Below are positions 37,215 to 49,869 of a stretch of 64,000 bases of DNA, one piece after another (the stretch's first letter is position 1; each line of letters begins with the position of its first letter). Position numbers and translations under genes: made by a program. Source of the DNA: Planctomycetota bacterium (GTDB lineage: Bacteria > Planctomycetota > B15-G4); assembly GCA_038212275.1 (NCBI GenBank), contig JBBQUR010000022.1, forward strand, positions 17,369 through 81,368, read 5' to 3'. Under the pieces are notes generated by a model. The model saw only the letters and a list, made by a program, of their open reading frames with translations, was not told the origin of the DNA and ran no database searches.

Positions 37215-37928
37215 ATGCCAGTCCGCATGCCGCTGACCCCGCGCCGTCTGTTCGCGCCTCTCCTGGTCGGCGCAGTGCTCGTTGCGGGCTGCGGCGTGCC
37301 GCGGTCGACGCCGCCCCCGGGGCTGCTTGCCGACGACTCCACGGTGCCGAATCTCCGGCGCGGCCAGGAGGCGCTGCGCGACCGCATCGCCCTCGAAAAG
37401 GAACACGTCGAGGCCCTCAACCTGCAGCTGTCGGGCCTGCGCGGCGACGAGGAGCGCCTGTACGCGACGTATCTCGCGGCCGAGGCCGACTATCAGCTGC
37501 GCGCGCAGGATCTCGCCGGCGTGGAGAACGACATCGCCGGTGTGCGCCATCAGCTCGAGGACACGCGCGCGCAGCTCGCGGCCTCGCGGATAGATCTCGC
37601 GCAGTTGCAGGCCGACCTCACCGCCACCGGAATCGAGGTCGTGAGCCTGCGCCAGCAGCTCGACGCCGCGCACGCCCTGCGCGACGTGCTCGCCACGCAG
37701 CTCGGGGGCGAGTCGGCAGCCGGCGCGGTGACCGAATCGCCGAAGCCCCCGGCGTCGGAGCCGGATCCCGCGGCCGAAGCGCCGCAGCCGCCAACCGAGG
37801 AACCGACACCCGCGGCGGAAGAGCCGGCGCCCGCGGCCGAAGAGCCGGCGCCCGCGGTGGCGGAACCGGAACCGCCCGCCACTCCCGGCTCCGTCGGCAG
37901 CGGCGGTGGCGGGGGCAGCAACGCGTGA
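37215..37928 (+). CDS. Coiled-coil lipoprotein with Pro/Glu/Ala-rich tail
   Basis: Lipobox LVAG-C; heptad-rich helix; (AEEPAPA)n 21-bp repeats near 37773-37870. Confidence 0.75.
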   Translation: MPVRMPLTPRRLFAPLLVGAVLVAGCGVPRSTPPPGLLADDSTVPNLRRGQEALRDRIALEKEHVEALNLQLSGLRGDEERLYATYLAAEADYQLRAQDLAGVENDIAGVRHQLEDTRAQLAASRIDLAQLQADLTATGIEVVSLRQQLDAAHALRDVLATQLGGESAAGAVTESPKPPASEPDPAAEAPQPPTEEPTPAAEEPAPAAEEPAPAVAEPEPPATPGSVGSGGGGGSNA

Positions 37929-37937
37929 CGGCCGCAC

Positions 37938-37972
37938 ACCCGCCGGGAGACCTTCGGGTCCTCGGCTCGGGT
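37938..37972 (+). terminator. Stable hairpin with C(UUCG)G tetraloop; possible terminator
   Basis: GACC-TTCG-GGTC core extended by GCCGG/TCGGC and ACCCG/CGGGT; weak T tail. Confidence 0.4.
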
Positions 37973-38010
37973 TGTTCTCCCGCGCACGACACGCGGGCGA
38001 GAAAGGCCGC

Positions 38011-38038
38011 TTGACCCAGCGAAGCCGACCCGTACGAT
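38011..38038 (+). promoter_or_regulatory. Sigma70-type promoter of the atp operon (TTGACC-16-TACGAT)
   Basis: Close consensus match upstream of the first atp gene. Confidence 0.6.
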
Positions 38039-38128
38039 GTCGCCCTTTTCTGTACCTAGGCCGGAAAATCGGGTACGCGACACACGCCGCGGCCTCGCGA
38101 GCCGGGTCCTTCGCGGGGCCAGGTCAAC

Positions 38129-38452
38129 GTGCCTAAGTTGCGTAAGAAAAACGACTTGGATCTGCTGCTGTGCGGCTCGCTGGGCCTTGAACTGGCGCTC
38201 GCCCTCGGCTGCGGTGCCTGGCTCGGAATCAAACTGGACACATGGCTCTCAACCACCCCAATCCTGCTCGTGACCGGCTGCACGCTCGGCCTTCTGGCCG
38301 GGATGCTGCGAGTCGTCCGTACGGTGTCGGGCCTGCAGGCCCGCGGGCCGCGCAAGGAGCCGCCCGGTGATGACGGCCCCGACCAGTCCGCAGGTCGGCC
38401 AGCAGGGGAGCCCCGTGTCCGGCGACCGGAGCAACCCACGGACGAGCCGTGA
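38129..38452 (+). CDS. AtpZ/AtpI-family accessory protein
   Basis: LGLELA...G.WLG..LDTWLSTTP.LLVTG..LG pattern; first gene of atp operon. Confidence 0.85.
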   Translation: MPKLRKKNDLDLLLCGSLGLELALALGCGAWLGIKLDTWLSTTPILLVTGCTLGLLAGMLRVVRTVSGLQARGPRKEPPGDDGPDQSAGRPAGEPRVRRPEQPTDEP

Positions 38453-38834
38453 CCTGCGCTTTGCCCTGGGCGCGCTGCTGCTGACCGTTCTCGTCCCCGG
38501 CGTGCTGCTGCTCGCGACTCCCTTTGGCGAGGCGCGCAGCCAGCTCGGCACGCTGGCAGGCTGGGGCTCGGCCCTCGTGATCATGGTGCCCAGCTACCTG
38601 CTCGTCGTGCGCTCGATGGAGAGCACGGACAGCCACCGCTTCCTGCGCGCGTTCATGCTCGGAACGCTGATGCGGCTGCTGCTCACCGTCGCGGCCGTGC
38701 TGCTGTTCGTGACGCAGGTGCCGGACGCGCCCTCCAAGTCCTTCGTGCTCGCTTTCTTCCTCGGCTACATGCTGCTGATGGGACTCGAACTCATGCTGAC
38801 GGTGCGAGTCGGCGTCCGGAGGGCGGACGCATGA
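38415..38834 (+). CDS. ATP synthase protein I-like 4-TM protein
   Basis: Four TM segments; directly precedes atpB with ATGA overlap; start uncertain. Confidence 0.7.
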   Translation: MSGDRSNPRTSRDLRFALGALLLTVLVPGVLLLATPFGEARSQLGTLAGWGSALVIMVPSYLLVVRSMESTDSHRFLRAFMLGTLMRLLLTVAAVLLFVTQVPDAPSKSFVLAFFLGYMLLMGLELMLTVRVGVRRADA

Positions 38835-39964
38835 GCCTGCTTTCGGCTCTGCTTGCTTCGCTGTTCGCACTTGCGCTCCAGCACGCGCCTGCGCCCCAGG
38901 CTGCTGCGCCGCAGGTCGCCGCGCCGCAGGCCCAGTCCGCCGTGCAGCACATCGAGGAGCAGGTCGAGGGACTCGAAGACGAGGCCGAGCACCTCGAGAG
39001 CCAGATCGCCGCGCACGCTCCCGGCCACGACGGCAAGCCGACGTCGAGCCAGATCTTCCAGGGGCTCTTCAAGCACCTCGAGCCACACGCCGTGACGGCG
39101 TTGTGGTTCGGCGGCAGCAAGAAGATGTTCGGCCTCGTGCCGGCCTACGCGGCGGACACGGACGGCAACGCCCTGCACGAGGACGAGCACGGGAATCCGG
39201 CCGTTTTCCACAGCCGCGCCGAGCTCAACGCCCACTACGCCGCCGACTTCGGCGGGGGGCAGGGCATCCTGATCTACAACATCAACACGGCGCAGTGGCT
39301 CGCCGCGATCACGCTGGTGATCGTCGTGCTGCTCGCCGCGCGCTCGGCGCGACGGCAGTCCGGCCAGGCGCCGCGCGGCACGGGCTACCACATCCTCGAA
39401 TCGATCGTGCTCTACGTGCGCGACGACATGGTCTACACCGTGATGGGGAAGCACCACGGCGAGCGCTTCGTGCCGCTTTTCCTCACGCAGTTCTTCTTCA
39501 TCCTGTTCATGAACCTGTTCGGGCTCATGTATCTGGGAAGCATCGGCGGCACGGCCACGGCCAACCTCGCGGTGACCGGCGGCATGGCGCTGACCACGCT
39601 GCTCTTCATCCATTTTTCGGGCATGCGGGAGCACGGCTTCCTCCATCACTGGAAGAACTTCGTGCCGGCCGGACTGCCCTGGTTCGTGCTGCCGATCATC
39701 ATCCCGGTCGAGCTCATGGGCATGATCGTGAAGCCTGCCGCGCTGACCATCCGCCTCTTCGCGAACATGACCGCGGGGCACCTGGTCGTGCTGGGCTTCT
39801 TCGGCCTGATCTACCTGTTCGGCAGTTATGCGATCGGCGTGCCCGTGCTCGGCATGAGCATCGCGATCTACTGCCTCGAACTCTTCGTCTGCTTCGTGCA
39901 GGCGTACATCTTCACCTACCTCTCGATCATCTTTGTCGGGGCGTCCGTTCACCCCGAACACTAG
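38831..39964 (+). CDS. atpB: ATP synthase Fo subunit a (N-terminally extended)
   Basis: FFFILFMNLFGL, TATANLAVT, KPAALTIRLFANMTAGH, VQAYIFTYLS. Confidence 0.97.
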   Translation: MSLLSALLASLFALALQHAPAPQAAAPQVAAPQAQSAVQHIEEQVEGLEDEAEHLESQIAAHAPGHDGKPTSSQIFQGLFKHLEPHAVTALWFGGSKKMFGLVPAYAADTDGNALHEDEHGNPAVFHSRAELNAHYAADFGGGQGILIYNINTAQWLAAITLVIVVLLAARSARRQSGQAPRGTGYHILESIVLYVRDDMVYTVMGKHHGERFVPLFLTQFFFILFMNLFGLMYLGSIGGTATANLAVTGGMALTTLLFIHFSGMREHGFLHHWKNFVPAGLPWFVLPIIIPVELMGMIVKPAALTIRLFANMTAGHLVVLGFFGLIYLFGSYAIGVPVLGMSIAIYCLELFVCFVQAYIFTYLSIIFVGASVHPEH

Positions 39965-40027
39965 TCGTTCGCACCAGTCACGTTCCCTGGGGGCAACTGC
40001 TCCCGAATATTCCTGGAGATTGTCTCG

Positions 40028-40270
40028 ATGGACATGAATGTCGGTCTCGTTGGTATTGGCGCCGGTATCGGCGCGGGTCTGGCCATCATCGGCGGCGGCG
40101 GCGGCATTTCGCGCCTCGCAGCTGCGGCGATGGAAGGCATGGCGCGCCAGCCGGAGGCCGCTGGTGACATCAAGGGCACCACGATCATCACGGCCGCATT
40201 CATCGAGGGCGTCACCCTCTTCGCCGTCGTCGTGTGCCTCATGCTCGCGCTGAACACGGTTCAGAAGTGA
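40028..40270 (+). CDS. atpE: ATP synthase Fo subunit c
   Basis: ARQPEA loop, FIEGVTLF carboxylate; GGAG upstream. Confidence 0.97.
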   Translation: MDMNVGLVGIGAGIGAGLAIIGGGGGISRLAAAAMEGMARQPEAAGDIKGTTIITAAFIEGVTLFAVVVCLMLALNTVQK

Positions 40271-40457
40271 CCTTGGCGTGGGTCAGGCCGGGCCGGTGCG
40301 ACCCCGCGGCGCACCGCCCGACCTGACGAACGCGGCGATTGTGGCCGGCGGCACCTGGCGCCGCCGGCTCCCAGTCGCATCCCTGTTCGAATCGCGCGCT
40401 CCGTGAGGAACGCGCTCGTCTGACTTTCAGCGACCGATCTGCTCCAAAGGATCCGCG

Positions 40458-41021
40458 ATGCTCGCGACATACGCAGCCATGTTCCCGACTGTCCTGCTGA
40501 GCGAAGGCGCTGGTTTCAACCCGCTGAACTTCGATCCGGCGGCCATGGTCCTGACGCTGATCACGTTCTTCGGTCTGCTGTTCATCCTCACCAAGTTCGC
40601 GTGGAAGCCGATTCTGGCGGCGGTCCACACGCGCGAGAAGAAGATCGACGATGCACTGGCCAAGTCTGCGGCGGATCAGGCCGAGGCGGCCCGCTTGCTC
40701 GTCGAATACAAGCGCAGCCTCGCCAACGTGGACGCCGAGCTGGGTGCGCTGCGCGAAAAGGGCCGCGTCGAGGCCGAAGCCATGCGCCGCGAGCTCATCG
40801 CGCAGGCCGAGAAGGATGCCGGCGCCGTGGCCGAGAAGGCCCGCCGCGACATCGAGCTGGCCCGCAACCAGGCGCTGCAGGACATCCGCAAGGAGGCCGT
40901 CACGCTCGGTCTCGCGGTGGCCGGCAAGGTCGTCGGCCGCAGCGTCGACAACGCCGACCAGCGCCGCATCGCCACCGAGGTCGTCTCCGGCCTGAGCACC
41001 GTGGCGCACGGGGGACGCTGA
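40458..41021 (+). CDS. atpF: ATP synthase Fo subunit b
   Basis: TM + KFAWKPIL..V..REKKI, coiled coil; start uncertain. Confidence 0.95.
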   Translation: MLATYAAMFPTVLLSEGAGFNPLNFDPAAMVLTLITFFGLLFILTKFAWKPILAAVHTREKKIDDALAKSAADQAEAARLLVEYKRSLANVDAELGALREKGRVEAEAMRRELIAQAEKDAGAVAEKARRDIELARNQALQDIRKEAVTLGLAVAGKVVGRSVDNADQRRIATEVVSGLSTVAHGGR

Positions 41022-41025
41022 ACCG

Positions 41026-41586
41026 ATGTCCTCCGGCAACCTCGTCCTCCAGCGGTATGCGACCGCGCTGCTCGAGCTGGCCACGGCGGCCGGCGCGACC
41101 GAGCGCGTGCAGGCCGATCTGGCGGCGCTCACGGCGCGCATCATGGAAGACCCCGCGATGGGCCGGCGGCTGGCCAGTCCGCGCCTGACGCGGCAGGCCA
41201 AGCGCGCGCTGCTGCAGTCGCTGCTGGCGGCCGACGGCAACGACCTCGTGCGCCGCACCGTGCTGCTGCTGACCGACAAGGGGCGCGCCGCCATGGTGGC
41301 CGACCTGTCCGCGGTCTTCACCGCCGTGGCGATGACCGCTGCGGGTCGCGCCGTGGGCTTCGTGTCCACGCCGGCGCCGCTCGATGACACCACGAAGCTT
41401 GCTCTCGCGCAGCGCCTCGGCGCGATCACCGGCCTGAAGGTGACGCTGGAGGAGCGCGTGGAGCCCGAACTCGTCGCGGGGATGCGCGTCGTCGTCGGCT
41501 CGCAGATGATCGACGGAACGGTGAAAACGAGGCTCGAACGGATACGCGAAGCGCTGCTGGCTGTCCCCCTGCCGGCCGCGGATTGA
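41026..41586 (+). CDS. atpH: ATP synthase F1 subunit delta
   Basis: [34 protein letters not shown]. Confidence 0.95.
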   Translation: MSSGNLVLQRYATALLELATAAGATERVQADLAALTARIMEDPAMGRRLASPRLTRQAKRALLQSLLAADGNDLVRRTVLLLTDKGRAAMVADLSAVFTAVAMTAAGRAVGFVSTPAPLDDTTKLALAQRLGAITGLKVTLEERVEPELVAGMRVVVGSQMIDGTVKTRLERIREALLAVPLPAAD

Positions 41587-41641
41587 CCGGCGCCGCACGG
41601 CACCGCACGGACACACGACATCAACGGATCACGAGGAAACC

Positions 41642-43183
<1,542 letters not shown>

Positions 43184-43195
43184 GGCAGACCTCCG

Positions 43196-44110
43196 ATGGC
43201 CAAGGGCACCAAGGAACTCAAGCGCCGGATCACGGGTGTCAAGAACATCCAGCAGATCACCAAGGCGATGGAGATGGTCGCGACGCAGAAGCTGAAGAGG
43301 CTTCAGTCGCGCGCCGAGGCCGCGCGTCCGTTCAGCGACAAGATCCAGCAGATGGTGGCGCGGCTCGCGGGCTCGGTGCGCAGCGACCTGTCGCCGCTGC
43401 TGCAGGCGCGCGCCGAGATCAAGCTGCGCAGCGTGCTCGTCGTGTCCTCGGACAAGGGCCTGTGCGGCGGTTTCAACAGCAACCTCGTGCGCCTCGTGCA
43501 GCACGAGGTGCCGCGCGATGCGGCGGCCACGCACCGCACGCGGGTGCTCGGCAACAAGGGCGCGCTGCTGCTGCGCGGCAAGGGCATCGCGCTGCACCAC
43601 AAGTATCCCGACCACGTCGAGAAGCTCGACTTCACGCGCGTGCGCCAGCTCGTGCGCGAACTCGTCGCGGAGTTCATCGAGGGCAAGGTGGACGAGGTCT
43701 CGGTGATCTACACCTCGTTCAAGTCTTCGGTGAGCCAGAAGCCGGTGGCCGTCACGCTGCTGCCGATCCGCCCCGAGACCCTGTTGTCCGCGGTGCCGTC
43801 TGCCAAGGGCGCCAAGGACTCCAGCGCGGGCGGCGACGAAGCGGCCGGCGCGACCGACGTGATCATCGAGCCGTCCACCGACGAACTGCTCAAGCAGCTG
43901 CTGCCCAAGTTCCTCGAGGTCAAGGTCTACTCGGCCATCCTCGAGTCGCTGGCCAGCGAGTTCACCTCGCGCCGCAACGCCATGAAGCAGGCGACCGACG
44001 CGGCGGACGAGATGATCAGCAGCCTCAAGCGCCAGTACAACCGCGCCCGCCAGGAGAGCATCACCAAGGAGCTGCTCGAAGTGGTGAGCGGAGCCGAAGC
44101 CCTGAAGTGA
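43196..44110 (+). CDS. atpG: ATP synthase F1 subunit gamma
   Basis: QITKAMEMVA, SDKGLCGGFN, YNRARQESITKELLEVVSGA. Confidence 0.98.
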   Translation: MAKGTKELKRRITGVKNIQQITKAMEMVATQKLKRLQSRAEAARPFSDKIQQMVARLAGSVRSDLSPLLQARAEIKLRSVLVVSSDKGLCGGFNSNLVRLVQHEVPRDAAATHRTRVLGNKGALLLRGKGIALHHKYPDHVEKLDFTRVRQLVRELVAEFIEGKVDEVSVIYTSFKSSVSQKPVAVTLLPIRPETLLSAVPSAKGAKDSSAGGDEAAGATDVIIEPSTDELLKQLLPKFLEVKVYSAILESLASEFTSRRNAMKQATDAADEMISSLKRQYNRARQESITKELLEVVSGAEALK

Positions 44111-45652
<1,542 letters not shown>

Positions 45653-45656
45653 ACCG

Positions 45657-46172
45657 ATGGCGACGCACGACACAGGCATCGCAGGCAGGGAAGGCGCCGG
45701 CAGCGCTCGCGCGGCCGGCGATCTGTCGGCGCCGCCGGAACCCGGCGCGGACCTCTTCCACGCGGGGCGCCTCTGGGCGGAGATCCGCAGCCCGGACGGC
45801 GTGCTGTTCGCCGGCTGGGCCGACTCGGTCGTCGTTCCTGGCGCGAAGGGCAGCCTCGGCGTCATGCCGCGTCATGCCCCGCTCATGTCCTCGCTGGTCG
45901 TCGGACTCACGAAGGTGCGCGCGAGCGACGGCAGGGAAGTGCGCCTCGTCACCGGGGCGGGCTTCGTGGAGGTCGCGCGCAACCGCGTGCTGCTCCTGGT
46001 GGATTTTGCGGACGATCCGGCCAAAGTGGACATCAAGCGCGCGACGGCCGCACGCGAGCGGGCGCAGAAGCGCCTGCGTTCCGGTGCGGAGGACGTGGAT
46101 CTGGCCCGTGCCGAAGCGGCGCTGGATCGCGCGCTCATGCGCCTGCGCTTCGCCGGCTCTCCGCGGCTCTAG
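45657..46172 (+). CDS. atpC: ATP synthase F1 subunit epsilon
   Basis: VPGAKGSLGVMPRHAPL, GFVEV, C-terminal helix pair. Confidence 0.95.
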   Translation: MATHDTGIAGREGAGSARAAGDLSAPPEPGADLFHAGRLWAEIRSPDGVLFAGWADSVVVPGAKGSLGVMPRHAPLMSSLVVGLTKVRASDGREVRLVTGAGFVEVARNRVLLLVDFADDPAKVDIKRATAARERAQKRLRSGAEDVDLARAEAALDRALMRLRFAGSPRL

Positions 46173-46175
46173 GTC

Positions 46176-47876
46176 TCAGCGCTTCGGGCGCACCCAGAAC
46201 GCGAAGCCTGCGCCTGTCTCGGCCAGCCGGTAATGGCGCGCCACGGCTGCGAGCACCGCTCCCGTCGGACCTCCGAGAGGCCGGGTCGGATCGAGCTCCG
46301 CCGGCAGCAGCACGAGGTCCGCTGCACCGCGCTTGAGCGCCGCCACGAGCGGCGTCGGGCTGAGCGTGCCTTGGCCCCAGAGGATGCTGTAGAGCCACGG
46401 ATCGTTGAGGAATCCTGCGCGCCACAGCGAGTCCGTCCGCGGTGATCCGCCGCCCGGGGGCCGCTCGCCGGCGAGTCGCTCGCCACTCAGCCACTCAAAG
46501 GTGTGCTGAAAGCCGAAGACATCCAGGATGACGGCGTCCGGCCCGGCGAGGCGAAGGCAGCGCGTCCGCAGCTCGTCGGCAAGCGCCACGCGGTACGAGG
46601 CCGTCTCCGGGTCGGCAAAGGACACGTCGCGCCCCGAGGCGACGAAGAGGTCCGCGGAGCATGCGGCCAGCAGCGCGAGCCCCGTGACGAGCGCTGCTCC
46701 GCGGTGCGCACGGTGTGCGCCGCCCGCGGTGCCCTCATGCCGCCCGCAGAGGGCTGCCGCGCCGCTCACGGCGAGGAACATCGCGGCCGCCAAGGCCAGT
46801 TCGAAGACGTAGTTGGTCGAGGATCCCTGCTTGCCGATGGTGGCGGCGAAGCTGAGCGCCGCGCAGAGCACGTAAAACGCCAGAAGCGACGGCGCAACAT
46901 CGTGTCCCGGGCGCCTGAGCTGCACACCGAGCGCCAGCAGGGTTGCGCCCGCCAGCACGGACGCGAGCGGCTGGCGCGCAAGCTCGGCCAGGACAGCCCG
47001 CGCCGTCTGCAGCGACATCGGATGGTGGACGGCCGTCACGGTGCAGAACCAGAAACCGCTGCCCCAGAGCGCCGTGGCCGTGAGCGCGAAGAGTGTTCCG
47101 AACAGTGCGAGCCACGTCACGAAGGCCAGGCCCCGGCGTCGATCCGCGATCAGCAGCTGCAGCGCGCACGCCAGCGGCGCCGCGACGTAGCTCTGCTTGG
47201 CGGCCGCGGAAAGCACGCACAGCAGGGCCGGTGCCCAGAGGTGGCTCGCCGTGCGCTTGCCGGTGCCACGCGCGATGAGCACCACGGCGCCCGCCGCACA
47301 CACGAGCGCCAGCGAGTCATTCTTCAGGAAGGCCGCATTGCTGGTGACCGGCCACAGCGCGAGGAAGCAGGCAGCCGCCAGCGCCGCCCAGCTCGCGCTG
47401 CGCAGGCTCGTCACGACGCGTGCGGCCCAGGAGGCCTGCGGCCGCGCGCTCGGCTGGCCGGTCACGGGGCGGGGCAGCGCAAAGAGCAGGCCGGCGCTCG
47501 CCAGCATGCATGCGAGCGCGACGAGTCGCCCGCTGAGGAAGGGGTTCTCGCGCGAGGCGGGAAGGGCCGCCACCAGCACGTGATACAGCGGGGTGTAGAC
47601 CGTGAAGACGAAGGGAGCATCGTCGTACACGGCGGGGCTGTAGGGGTTGCCTCCCGCGCGCACGACCTCGATCGTCGAGAGGTTGGGGGACTCGTAGACA
47701 AGGTCGAAGGGCGCGGCAAGCTGCCAGGCGACCACGGTGCCGACGCGCGCGAGCACGGCGGCCAGCACCAGCCAGCAGAGGAGCGCGAACCACGCGGGCG
47801 GGCTGCCGGATTCCTCGTGCGCCGCCACGGCGCCGTCGGCCTGATTCACGGGTGCTTCGATGCTCGGTTCCGGCAT
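46176..47876 (-). CDS. Multi-pass membrane protein, GT-C (ArnT/PMT-like) glycosyltransferase-like
   Basis: DLVYE after TM1, VYTPLYH, GRLVAL, KNDSLAL, AKQSYVAAP pattern; many TMs. Confidence 0.6.
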   Translation of the reverse strand: MPEPSIEAPVNQADGAVAAHEESGSPPAWFALLCWLVLAAVLARVGTVVAWQLAAPFDLVYESPNLSTIEVVRAGGNPYSPAVYDDAPFVFTVYTPLYHVLVAALPASRENPFLSGRLVALACMLASAGLLFALPRPVTGQPSARPQASWAARVVTSLRSASWAALAAACFLALWPVTSNAAFLKNDSLALVCAAGAVVLIARGTGKRTASHLWAPALLCVLSAAAKQSYVAAPLACALQLLIADRRRGLAFVTWLALFGTLFALTATALWGSGFWFCTVTAVHHPMSLQTARAVLAELARQPLASVLAGATLLALGVQLRRPGHDVAPSLLAFYVLCAALSFAATIGKQGSSTNYVFELALAAAMFLAVSGAAALCGRHEGTAGGAHRAHRGAALVTGLALLAACSADLFVASGRDVSFADPETASYRVALADELRTRCLRLAGPDAVILDVFGFQHTFEWLSGERLAGERPPGGGSPRTDSLWRAGFLNDPWLYSILWGQGTLSPTPLVAALKRGAADLVLLPAELDPTRPLGGPTGAVLAAVARHYRLAETGAGFAFWVRPKR

Positions 47877-47955
47877 GTCCGACCGATCGTATCCGCCGCG
47901 ACCCGGCCCGCCGTCGTTCGCGTCCCGTGCGCGCAGCGCATAAGATCTGCGGCCC

Positions 47956-49869
47956 ATGGTTTCCCAAGGCGTGCGTACTCATACCTGCGGCCAGCTCCGC
48001 GCCAGCGACATCGGACAGCCGGTGGCCCTGTCGGGCTGGGTCAACTCGTGCCGCGAACTCGGCGGCGCTCTCGTCTTCGTGGATCTCCGCGACAAGTACG
48101 GCATCACGCAGGTCGCCTTCGACGACAGCGTGTCGGCCGAGCTGCGGGCGGAGGCCAGGGGCCTGAAGCCCGAGTCGGTCATTCACGTGACCGGCATCGT
48201 GCGCAGTCGTCCGGCCGGACAGGCCAACAAGGAGCGCGCCACGGGAGAGGTCGAGGTCCTGGCCCGTTCGCTCGAGGTGCTGGGCGCGGCGCAGACGCCG
48301 CCCTTCGATCCCGCCACGGCGGACAAGTCGGGCGTCTCCGAGGAGTTGCGCCTGCAGTATCGCTACCTCGACCTGCGCCGCGAAGGGCCTCAGGCGGCGC
48401 TCGCCATGCGCCACACCGTGCTGCTCGCGCTGCGCAACCGGCTCTCGGATCTCGGCTTCATCGAGGTCGAGACGCCCATCCTCACCAAGGCCACGCCGGA
48501 AGGCGCACGCGACTACCTCGTGCCGTCGCGCGTCAGCAAGGGCAAGTTCTACGCGCTGCCCCAGTCGCCGCAGATCTTCAAGCAGATCCTCATGGTGGCG
48601 GGCGTGGACAAGTACTTCCAGATCTGCCGCTGCTTCCGCGATGAGGACCTGCGCGCGGACCGCCAGCCGGAGTTCACGCAGCTCGACGTGGAGATGAGCT
48701 TCGTCGAGCAGCAGCACGTCATCGACATGATCTCCGCGGCGGTGGCGCACGCGGTCACGAGCGTGCGCCCGGGCGATGGCCCGTCGTTGCCGCTGCCGGT
48801 CATGACCTGGACGGACGCGATGCGCCTGTACGGTTGCGACAAGCCCGATCTGCGCTTCGGCGTGCCGCTCGCGGACGTCACGGAGCTCGTGAAGGACTCC
48901 GGCTTCGGCGTGTTCAGCGGCACGGTCGCGAAGGGCGGGCGCGTGCGCATGCTCGCGGCGCCGGCCGGCGGCAGCTTCTCGCGCAAGGACATCACCGCCT
49001 TCGAAGACGTTGCGAAGGCCAACGGCGCCAAGGGACTCGCGTGGTTCAAGGTCGCGCTTGCGGCGGACGGCCCGGGCAGCCAGGTCGAGGGCTCCGGCCT
49101 CGGCGTGATCGGCGGGACGTCGCCGCAGCTCGGGCTGGTGCTCGAGGGCGGCTCGGCCAAGTTCCTCTCCGAGGCGGAGCAGCACGCGCTGCTCGTGGCC
49201 ACCGAGGCAAGGGCGGGTGACGTGCTGCTCGCCGTCGCGGACACGTTCGCCGTGTCGGCGCGGGCGTTGTCCGCGGTGCGGCTCGCGGTGGGGCGGCAGC
49301 TGAAGCTTGTCGACTCGTCTTGCCTCGCCTTCACCTGGATCGTCGACTTTCCGATGTTCGATCGCGACGAGGAGACCGGCGCGTTGTCGCCGGCGCACCA
49401 TCCTTTCTGCATGCCCAAGGAGAGCTACCCGGGGCAGCTCGAGCAGGATCCGGCCGGCACGCTCGCGAACAGCTACGACCTCGTGCTGAACGGTGTCGAA
49501 CTCGGCAGCGGCTCGGTGCGTATCCACGACAGCGCGCGTCAGCAGCGCATCTTCGAGGCGATCGGCCTGCCGGCGCACGAGATCCGCGAGCGCTTCGGCT
49601 TCGTGCTCGACGCCTTCAAGTACGGCGCGCCGCCGCACGCGGGTTTCGCGGTGGGCCTCGACCGCCTCGTCATGCTGCTGGCAGGCAAGGAGAGCATCCG
49701 CGATGTCATCGCGTTCCCGAAGACGGCGACGGCGGCGTGCCTGATGACGGGCGCCCCGACACCGATCCCGGCCGCGCAGCTTGCGGAGGCGGGTGTCGCC
49801 GTGCTGCCGTCGCTGACGCAGCCGGCGCCCCGACAGGGTGGAGAGGCCCCGCAGGAGATGGACGCATGA
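47956..49869 (+). CDS. aspS: Aspartate--tRNA ligase
   Basis: RTHTCGQL, LQYRYLDLRR, TPEGARDY, FYALPQSPQ, CFRDEDLRADRQPEFTQLD, GAPPHAG. Confidence 0.98.
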   Translation: MVSQGVRTHTCGQLRASDIGQPVALSGWVNSCRELGGALVFVDLRDKYGITQVAFDDSVSAELRAEARGLKPESVIHVTGIVRSRPAGQANKERATGEVEVLARSLEVLGAAQTPPFDPATADKSGVSEELRLQYRYLDLRREGPQAALAMRHTVLLALRNRLSDLGFIEVETPILTKATPEGARDYLVPSRVSKGKFYALPQSPQIFKQILMVAGVDKYFQICRCFRDEDLRADRQPEFTQLDVEMSFVEQQHVIDMISAAVAHAVTSVRPGDGPSLPLPVMTWTDAMRLYGCDKPDLRFGVPLADVTELVKDSGFGVFSGTVAKGGRVRMLAAPAGGSFSRKDITAFEDVAKANGAKGLAWFKVALAADGPGSQVEGSGLGVIGGTSPQLGLVLEGGSAKFLSEAEQHALLVATEARAGDVLLAVADTFAVSARALSAVRLAVGRQLKLVDSSCLAFTWIVDFPMFDRDEETGALSPAHHPFCMPKESYPGQLEQDPAGTLANSYDLVLNGVELGSGSVRIHDSARQQRIFEAIGLPAHEIRERFGFVLDAFKYGAPPHAGFAVGLDRLVMLLAGKESIRDVIAFPKTATAACLMTGAPTPIPAAQLAEAGVAVLPSLTQPAPRQGGEAPQEMDA

